A DNA stretch of 64,000 bases, from NCBI RefSeq assembly GCF_018350175.1, contig NC_058368.1, positions 82,276,001-82,340,000 of the forward strand. The letters are read 5' to 3'. This stretch comes from Felis catus (lineage: Eukaryota). Both the position numbers and the translations under genes were made by a program. The notes below the pieces were generated by a model. That model saw only the letters and a program-made list of their open reading frames with translations. It searched no databases and was not told the DNA's origin. This document shows positions 46,201 through 56,300 of this stretch, piece by piece (the first letter of the stretch is position 1; the number at the start of each line of letters is the position of its first letter).

Positions 46201-49200
46201 CCCACAAGCTCAGAGGATACATCACTCCCTTGCTTGGGAAATGAGGGTGATGTCCTTGTGGAGCCCCCAGTGGTTTCAGGGCTCTGTGGGCCGTCAGGTG
46301 CCAGGACAGGTGTGTCCCTGCTCTGGGGACCATGCTGGGTGCCTCCCACGGATTGATCCCCTATGGGACTCGGCCCTTGCTCACGGGGCTCTGGTCACAC
46401 TGAAGCAGCCCCAACCCTGGGCGTGAGCAGCATGGAGAGCAGGATGTTCGCTGCCCTCCTGAGTGCCCGCTTCTGGGTGAGCGTCCCCTGCAGCTGAGGA
46501 CGTGCCCTGTCACTTACCCTGTCAGTGAAGTGTGACTGCTTTTCTAGTAGAGTTGCTGTGGGTTTTTCAAAGCAAAGTATGTCAAAGTCCTAGACCATTT
46601 TTGGCTCATCACACCCTTTTAATAAATGTCTTTCTGATATAAGTTAAATATTCTACTCTATGTTTTATTCTGTAACTCATTTTATTTTTAGGTGTTATGT
46701 ATTCTAGCAGCTTCAGCTTGTGAAACCTTCTTAATTATAGGATCAGTTCTGCTTTCACGGCCAGGGTGCATAGTATGGAGGAGAGTTAATGAGGATTTTT
46801 CTAATGGTGCCTCACCCTTGGTCAGTCTGGGAGTTAAGTCCCAGTCTGGGTCAGGCTGTTTCCAGGTGGAGCTAATGATGGTAACTCCTCCTTGGCAGAT
46901 CCAGCGCTCGGAGCTACAGCTCACACGCTGTAAGGCGTCCCTCAACCTTCATCTGCCAGCGGGTTGATGGTGAAAGGGTTGGCACATTGTGACCTGAGAG
47001 CCCAGGCTTTGTCTTCATGTGATGTGAATGTGCTCAGGCTCTCGAGGGGCTCTGCCCCGGCCCCACCTGAGGCAGTGCCCATGGGCACGGCTTCCGGGAG
47101 AGTGGTTAAGACGAGCGGGGCAGAGCAAGGACAGTTTCCTTTTCCCCCAGTGAGGCCATGCTCACAGTGAGCAGCTCAGCGCGTCTGCTGTGTTCTCATT
47201 GTAGAATAGATGCACCGAGAGGTCCAGCTGAGGGAGGGGAAAGGGCGAGGGTGCCGGCTGCGGGGCCCAGGCCAGATGTCAGGAGCCCTCTTGTGACTCT
47301 CCTGCCTGTCCACGTGGGCGCTGGTGTCCTAAATTTGCTCTCCTGAGAGCGTAATGAACCAAGTCCTTGTAAAACGTGTCCAGTAATAGCATGAGTGACA
47401 GGTGTCCGTGTTTCCCAAACTGTCAACCCTGAGCCATGGCTAAAGCACGTTCTCCACAGTGACCTAGGGCCCCGTGAACACACGCATTCATTTAACAGAA
47501 ACAGAAGGTTCACAAGGCACATCTCCTGTCTGGGGATTTGTTCTGTCTTGTCCTCTTTTTTTCAGAAAGCTTGCTATTTGATTTCATGGCTTTTGAACAA
47601 GGGTGGTCCCCAGTTTGGAAAGCACTGTGATGAAACTTTGATTATTGGAAATGAGAATTAAAATAGAAGGAAATTGAGTTGAGCATTTTTCTTTCTACGG
47701 TTGATGAGTCTTTAGCTCTGACAGGAGACCTGTCCCATGGCCACAGCACATTCATCCCGCTAAGAAGGGATGCAGGAAGCATCCCCCTGGCCTGAACAGT
47801 GGGCCTGGTGAGTCCCTAAGGCTGCACCTGTCCCCACAAAGGTCTGCCCTGGCACCTGGTGCCCCAGCACCTGGTGCCTGACCTTGACTCGTTTGACAGT
47901 GTCCTCGTGTCGCTAAGCTCTTGTCTGTGCAGAAACTGGGAGGTACTGTTCTGACCGTTCTTGGTGTGGGTGGAGTCTCGTACAAGATCCTGGAAAACGG
48001 ACATATTTACTGGGCTCTATGCAGCAATGACTATGTCCTCCATGTGAATATTTGTGTATTAATGGATGGGGCCAAATTCTAAGTCCTTGTCAAAGACAAA
48101 CCAGGCTTCCCCTTCCTTTGGTGCAGAGATGGCGTGGGGCGCTCAGACTCAGCCGCCCTGCGTGCAGGGTGGGTCACACTTGCTCCCAGTGCTAATTGCC
48201 TCCCTCCTCCCTGCCCTGCACCATTTGGGGTGCCGGGGCCCCCACAAGCCGCCGCCGGGATGAGGCTCCCACACGTGGATGGGCTGGTGGGGCACTGCGA
48301 GCCCTGCCCTGTGACCCCTCTGTTCTGAGAGTTTTTCTGTTTGCGTTTTGGCCTGACTTCACGCCTGGAAGACAGAATTTCACCCTTGTCCATGTCATGA
48401 AAAGGACGGGGAAAGTAAACTAGGGCAAGCGGAATGGGGGGCGTTCCCTGAGGCTTGCGTGGCACGCCCCACTGTTAACCACGTCAACCACCATTAAGCA
48501 CGGCCTCCTCGGGTGGGGCGTTTTCTGCTGCTCTTGTTGGACGGGGAGGACGCCTGAGGTGGCTGAGGGAAGCGACGGTTCAGAACCCAAGTGAGATAAT
48601 GGCGCCCATGGCTACAGCATCAGCCGTTGGGTGTTGCTCACACACCGTGTTCTCCCCAATCTTCGTGGCTCGAGAGACTCAGCAGTGGCTGGAGATGATG
48701 GGGAGTAAGAATGGTAGGGTCACGTGTGGGAGATTTCTGATTGTGCTCTGAATTGTCTCTTTTGACTGTAGGTAATTGGTACGCCTCAGAGACCTGCAGC
48801 GCCCAACACTATCGTGGTAGGAAGCCCACACACCCCTAACACTCACTTTGTCTCACAGAACCAGCCTTCAGACCCCTCACCTTGGTCTGCCGGGTGAGCA
48901 CATTGCCTAGACTTGTACCCCCAGCTCTCTGGGCCACGCGGGCCGGCCGCCACAGCCAAAGTCAGGGCACGCTTTTCCTCAAAAAGGAGAAGTCTGGCTG
49001 CAGGGGAGCGCCCCCACGGTTCGGGGGGGCCACACTGTAAAGGGTGGGGAGTCGCCCCTGCCCCGCGGTTCGGGGTCCACACTGTAAAGGGTGGGGAGTC
49101 ACCCCTGCCCCCATGGTTTGGGGGTCCACACTATAAAGGGTGGGAGTTGCCCCTACTCCATGGTTTGGGGGGGCCACACTGTAAAGGGTGGGGAGTCGCC

Positions 49201-50297
49201 CCTGCCCCCACGGTTCGGGGGTCCACACTGTAAAGGGTGGGGAGTCGCCCCTGCCCCCATGGTTCGGGGGATGCTGCACTGTAAAGGGTGGTGAGCTCTT
49301 GGTGGAAGAAGAGGAGGAAGTGGCTTCTCCACGCTGCAGTAACTTTGACGCTTTTTCCATTGTCTGCACCGCAAAGTAGCGTCTAGGGAGCACGGATCTC
49401 AAAGCAGCCTCACCCGCTGCAACGCTGTAACTTGGCTGTTCCACGGGTGACACCCCATTGGATGGTCCCACCACACTGTCACTTTGACCCTTTCCTCCAG
49501 TAAAGGCAGCCAGTGAGAAAACGATTGTACTCGAAGGTCAGCTCTGTGACTTTCCTTAAAAACAAAGACTTTTGGAATTATGTCTGTATTGGTCCTAAAG
49601 CAAAAACCATCATTCCCTGAATCATCCATTGAAAAACTCAGAGCCACCCTTTCCTTGCTGTGGTGACTTGAGATGCTGGGTTCCCCCCAGTCTGAAGTGC
49701 CCTCCAGCCTTCAGTGTCGGTGGCTGAAAGCTCACATCCTCCCCCAGAATTCTTAAATTTGCAGTGAAATGCCCACCATCCCTGTGTCAGTTGATGTGCT
49801 CTTAAGCAGCGGTGTCAGTGCGTCTGTGCACATCTGGCGTCCGCCCGTCCCGGGGGCCGACGCATGTGTGAGGCCGGGCCCTTAGAGGAGGGAGCCTCGG
49901 CCCCATCACCGTGCGCAGCAGTCTGCAGATGAGCCAGGTCCCTGGGTGTGCGCGTGGGGGCTCGGCCTCGCCCCGCTTGCCGGGCCTGTGGGTGAGCGTG
50001 TTGCTGCGACGCGGATGCTGAGGGTGCTGAGGGGGCTGCCATTCCTCTGTGTTTTGAAGGAAGCGGCACCGGAAAGGGGAGAAGAACGGGAAGGGCTTGC
50101 GACACTTCTCCATGAAAGTCTGTGAGAAGGTGCAGAGGAAGGGGACCACGTCCTACAACGAGGTGGCCGACGAGCTGGTTGCCGAGTTCAGTGCCGCCGA
50201 CAACCACATCCTACCGAATGAATCTGTGAGTGTGCGCTGCGTGGCGGGGAGGCCTGGTGTCTCACGGCGCCCGCTGGTGTTTTCTGAAGCAATTTGA

Positions 50298-50342
<45 letters not shown>

Positions 50343-53300
50343 GAGTCAGAGAACCACACTGAAGAGTGTTCCTGACCTACCTGGGGTGCGGGGCCCTCTC
50401 GCCCCAGATCCAGTTGTGCGCGGGCTCTGACTCTCCCTTCACATTCCGTGGGGACGCGAGGAGTGAGTGACTCACCACTGCTGGCGGGTTGCTGCGTACC
50501 ATCTTGAGTGTGTCCGGGTCTGCTGTTGAGGTGTTTCCCTGGGAACTATTCTGGATGGTCTGGAAAACTCCTGCTCTGCCCTCCCCAGGCTTATGACCAG
50601 AAGAACATAAGACGACGAGTCTATGACGCCTTAAATGTGCTGATGGCCATGAACATCATCTCTAAGGAGAAAAAGGAGATCAAATGGATTGGTCTGCCCA
50701 CCAACTCGGCTCAGGAATGTCAGAATCTAGAGGTGTGTGGCTGACCCATTATTTTCCATGGTGCCCTGTAGGTGTACCCCAGAGCAGCGTGTTTGGTGCA
50801 GACGTTTGTGTGGGTGCCCCGTGGGTGCCCGCTTGGGGTCTGGTGCTGTGGGTGCCCCGTGGGTGCCTGCTCGGGGTCTGGTGTTGTGGGTGCCCCGGGG
50901 GTGCCCGCTCGGGGTGTGGTGTTGTGTGTGCCTTGCCTGGACCAGGGGTCTGCCACTTCCCTGTGCCCCCTGCTTGCCCGCCAGATGTTGGTGTGGCCCA
51001 TCCAGCTCGTCTGTGCTCTGTGGGCCCCAGCCCAGTCGAGGGCGGTGCACCCAGCGGAGGTAAATTCTGAGTCCTGGCTTGTGGGATTTGAGTTTTATAT
51101 CAACCGTGTCCAGAAAACGAGAGAAGACAGAGAAGGGTGTGTTGTTCTGAGACTGAAGAAACGCCCCCGTGTCCCATCCCACGGGCCACGTCCCTTCTAG
51201 ACTGTTTCCCCGCCAGGAGATTCCTGGCAGGCCTGTCCTGCGGGGACACTGTCAGATGCGCTGTGACGGTGTGGTCTTTGTCTTGAAGGTGGAGCGGCAG
51301 AGGAGGCTGGAAAGGATAAAGCAGAAGCAGTCTCAGCTTCAGGAGCTCATCCTGCAGGTAACGGCCCTGCTCGCAGCAAGCGCCCCTGCGCCCACATGGT
51401 GTCCTGGCCAGCTCACGCGCAGGACGGAGGGCGGGAGGGCGCGTTCACACGGCTCACCAGTGTTGTCCTGAGCACTGTGTGTCATGCACCTCGCTTAACG
51501 GACTCTGTCACAGGCGCACGAATAGGAGACATAGTGCAAGCAGGGTCGTACTGCCCGCAGCCTCGGAGCGGGTCCTCAGTGGGTAAGAAGGGATCCCGTT
51601 CGTGAAATCTCTGCTTTGAGAGTTTGAATGCACCCACTGGGCTCCTGCACAGGCGTCGCGGACGTGAACTCTAGACGTGGGCCTTGTTCCCAGAGAGAGT
51701 GCGTGTGAGCAAACGTGTAGTGTGTGTGCTGGTTGTCACAGAGTCTAAGTGGCAGGAGGGATGCAGTTTGGAGGGTAGCACGTGAGCCTTCCCTAGGACA
51801 GGTACGAAGCACGTTCTGGGGTGTGATGGCGAGTGTGAGTCAGAGGTCAGCACCCGTGGTCGGTGGGTGGCACCGTCCCCTGCACTTGCAGAGATGTCCG
51901 CAGGTAGGGCCCTTGTCCCTGTAAGGTCCTGGAGATGTCTGTCTGGGTTGGAAGGAGAAACAGCTTGCTGGAGGGGTGGCCAGTCCCTGGATTGAGGCTG
52001 TGGTGCTGGGGCCGTCTGGCTGGGCCCTGGGAGTGGGGGGGAGTCCAGTGCAGGGAGGTCAGCTGCCACAGAAGTGCTGGGTGGTCAGGAAAGGGAAGAT
52101 AACTTGGTGATTTATTGAGGTGCCCTGCACCCCAAGGGCAGTGAGACCACAGGCCCTGTGGTCAGGTTGGAGGGTGTGGGGGAGCCCTGGGACCCTGGGG
52201 GGAAGTGTAGGGAGGTCTCAGGACAGACAGGCCCAGCAGCTGAGGTTGGGAGATCTCTGAACAGGGAAAAGTCCAGGAGGGGCCAGCAGGGAGGTTGGGA
52301 TGCCTGCTGGCCCCGCACCTGCAGACCACGGCAGAGGCTGTACATATTGTCCCGCTAGGCGGTCTGGGTGTGGGGGCGCCCTACCTGAGCCTCGGTGTCT
52401 CCTTCGCCCCAGAGGAGGTCTCCTGTGGTGGGAATGCTTTGCTGGGCAGGAAGGCGGGAAAGCAGCACCCCCCGCCCTCATCCTTCTGCTCGGTGAGCAC
52501 CGAGGCACCAGGCCAGCTGGGGAGGGAGGGGCGCTTTCTGCCACAGCAGCGGGAGGGTCATCCTGAAGGTGCTGTCATTTTGGGGCTGAGCACCTGTGCC
52601 CCCCGAGAGCCCTGCCCCGGCGGTGTGCTGGCATTTGCTCCTCTGGGAGGTTCTGGGTGTGTGGCTGCATGTCTGCCTTCTGGGGTGGGTGCATACAGGG
52701 GACAGGCCGGTCCTGGGGATGTTTCTGTCTTAGAGGTGTGAGTGCCTGCATCCGTTCTCCTCGGGGTGTGTGCTTTTCTTCAGGGTGTGCTTTCTCTGCT
52801 GGGCCCTGATGCCCTCCCCGCCCCCCCCCCCCCCCCCCCCCCGCCCACTGTCCTCTCTGACCTCTCAAGGGGCCGACCCCTGTTTCTGTGCTGTGCGGCC
52901 GGGGGTGGGGTCGTCGGGGACTCCTGTGGACAAGGCCTTAGATCGAGGCAGCTGGTGTGAGCGGCTGGCGGTGGCTCCTCTTTTGTAGCAAATTGCCTTC
53001 AAGAACCTGGTGCAGAGGAACCGCCAGGCAGAGCAGCAAGCCAGCCGGCCGCCCCCGCCAAACTCGGTCATCCACCTGCCTTTCATCATCGTCAACACCA
53101 GCAAGAAGACTGTCATTGACTGCAGCATTTCCAATGACAAGTAGGTAGTCCCCGGAGGGCCCCCCCACCCCCCCAGGTCCCAGCTGAGGCTCAGGTCGGA
53201 GTGGAGGATGCCACCCTCACAGGAAAGATGGAGTGCGTCTGCTTGCTCGTTTGTACAAGTACTAACTCTGATTATTAAGTACAGTCTTTTAGCATAATTA

Positions 53301-56300
53301 AGGTACAGACTCATTTCTCACGTCCCTGGTTATAAACATTTGTCTTTTAAAAGGAAAACGGGCCCCTGGGGGGCTTAGTAGGGTGAGCGTCTGACTCTAG
53401 GTCTCGGCTCAGGTCATGATCTTGGGGTTCATGAGTTTGAGCCCCTGCATCAGGCTCTGCTGACAGCAGGGAGCCTGCTTGGAACTCTCTCTCCCTCTCT
53501 CTCTGCCCCTCCCCATTCACACTCTCTCTCCCTCTCTCAAAATAAATGGATAAACATTTTAAAAATACATAAAAGGGAAACAGATAAAGTCTGAGGTGTT
53601 GTTACTAGCACACCTGTTTAAACATCCAGAGAGCACGTTCACTGGGTTGGGGGTGGGGGGTGCTGCGGGCAGCGCAGAGTGGAGCCCGTGGGTTTGGCAG
53701 GACAGCAGATGAAAAGGGGCCCAAGTGAGGTTGGGGTGAGGGGCGTTCCCACTGAGGGGACTGGAGCCACTCCTGCCCCTCCCTGTCTTGAAGATGGCAG
53801 GTGACTCCCTTTCTGGGGGTGACTGTCCCCAGGTTCGAGTACCTGTTCAACTTTGACAACACGTTTGAGATCCACGACGATGTTGAGGTGCTGAAGCGCA
53901 TGGGAATGGCCTGTGGCCTGGAATCTGGCACCTGCTCTGCCCAGGACCTGAAGACAGCGAGGAGCCTGGTGCCCAAGGCACTGGAGCCCTACGTGACAGG
54001 TCAGTCATGTCCGCGAGCCACGGGGGCCCCACCCTAGCCCGGGACGTCTGGCGAGAGCAGGGACAGCCTGGGCGGGAGGGCTGGGGCTGTGGGGTTAGGG
54101 GGAGCGTGGCATGGGGAGGCCACAGCGGCGTGCTGTGGCTTTGCCGGTGTATTTGACACGATGAAGGTGCTAAGTGAGGGTTTCACCTTCTGTGTGCAAG
54201 TGAGGTGGGGCTGGAGGTCTCGCAGGCAGGACGGCCCCCCCGACCCCCAGAGGGCCGTTGGTGCCCCCTGCCAGGTGACCCAGCGTGGCCTCCTCCTGAC
54301 TCAGGGGCGAGGAGCTGTGTGCCTGGTGAGCTGAGCCCTGGTCCTCCCACTGCCTTCCCTTCTGGGGACTTCTCTGCTGAGCACCAGGGCCGTGGCCACA
54401 GAGGGAAGGGGCTTTGTGGTGAAAGAGCTGTGGCGGGGGCTGTCCCCCAGAGGTGCTGGGCTGGATTGGACCGCCGGGCGCCTGCCGCCCCCCAGGGCCC
54501 TGGACAAGTCCCTGGCACTGGCTACACTCTGGCACACCCACTCAAGCCGGCAGTCACGGTTGGTCCCTCTTGGGGAGGAAGGTGTTTGGGGGACCGGCCG
54601 TCCGGCCCGTGGCCGCCTGGTTGCAGCGCGAGCCTCCACCTGTGACCTTTGCTGCGTTTTCTTCTCTTCTCAGAGATGGCTCAGGGATCGATCGGAGGGG
54701 TGTTCGTCACATCGGTGTCCACCTCCAACGGCACGAGGCTTTCTGCCAGGTGACCGCGGCTCTGGACGGGGCGGGACCCCACACGCAGGCCAGGCACAGC
54801 TCACAACACAACCCTGTTGTTGCCTCTTAACACACTTGGGGCCACAACGTGCACAGAATTTTGTTCCCTGCTCTCTTCAATTTGCCATTTACTGTAGTAG
54901 TTTTTGTGTGTCACTAAAGGAGCTTTATTATTTAAACCATTGGGTGTTAGTCTTCGGTCCAGCCGTCCCACGGAACAGAATTATGTTGTTCCTGGGTATT
55001 TATCTTAGGTTTTTAAAGATTAATATAATTTTTTCTCTAAGTATTGACAAAACAGAGTTTTATTAACTTTCACGGTATATTAGGTTACACGGTACCCATA
55101 TTACCTTCTGTCAGTCCTACATAATGATAAATGTTAGATTTTTTAAAATATAAGGTAGACAAGCAGTCTGTAGGTTCAACCAAGTGGGATGGATCTGATC
55201 TTATAAAGGACAGTGTAGCTTTCTGTGGCCATCACGCAGCTCCTGGGTTCTGTGGCACCTGCACTGAAGTCTTTGGTGGGGTGTCTGGCCCAGGTCAGGG
55301 TTAGGTGGAGGTCAGCTCCCTCCCTCTGCCTATGTGCATGTGTGCAGTAGTCTCTGTGATGCTGATAACCAGTTATTGCAAGAGGCAGAATTTGGGTATT
55401 TTTTAGCTTTTCATGTTCGTGAAATTGTTTTTACTGATTAAAGTTTCAGAGACTCACATCAGCTTTTACATGAGGGAAGCAAAGCCATTACCATTTCAGA
55501 AGAAAAACTAACGTAAACACCAGCCTGACGTTTACAAAAGCGCAGTAATTTGCTGGGCAGTTGGGTGGTTCCCACTTAGAAAAGAGGCTGCAGTTTGAAG
55601 CAGCTTTAGGGCTAAATTTTTGGCCTTTTCTGATGTTTGCGAGGCTGGGTTTCCCAGTTGTGGGGTTCCTTTGTCAAAGAGCATAATGATGAATGGTCCT
55701 CATCGCACCGTGCGAACAAATCCTAACTAGCGAGGGGCATGTCTGCTTTGCGTTAGAGAAAAGCATCGCTGTGCCCCAGTTCTGGCCTGGGGCAGAGGTG
55801 GGGGCAGTGCCCTCAGGGCCCCGTCCACGCTGGCCCGCCAGAGCCGTCCACGCTGGCCCACCAGAGCCGCCCTCGGCAGTCGTTCCTTGCCTAAAACGCG
55901 TGTCCTGCACAGCTCTGCCCCCACGTCCTGTGCTCTCAAGGCAGCTGCAGGCCTTCTAGGCTGGTGGCGGAGGGGTACCCGAGTCCCGCATGCTTGCGGG
56001 AGGTGACCGGCCAGAATCTGGGGGATCTCTGTGCAGCTCTGCGTTGCAGGCTGGAATCCCTTTAGTGTCTAATGTCTCTTAGCATACTTTTCTTGTTGCT
56101 AGACCCAAATACCAAGGAATCACAGTGACTTTTGACAACAAGTGTCTGAGCAGGTCAAACGGGTGTGTGCACCTCTTAGTGGGTGTGGGCAGTCACCTTT
56201 CGGGGCCCCAGGACCGTGTCTGCTGCCTTGTGTTTGACCCACTCTGTGCCAGGGGCCGCCTGAACCCAGAAGTGTTTCCTCAGGACCCCAGTTTTTAAAA

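Noticed and set aside
49003..49291. CRISPR-like regularly spaced repeat (also 12974-13218)
   Set aside because: The intervening segments are copies of each other rather than unique spacers, there are no cas genes, and the DNA is mammalian. These are minisatellites.
54392..55066. 224-aa ORF spanning exon 11 as an alternative TFDP1 C-terminus
   Set aside because: It is in a different frame from the DP-1 reading of exon 11, and no supporting terminal-exon signal was identified.
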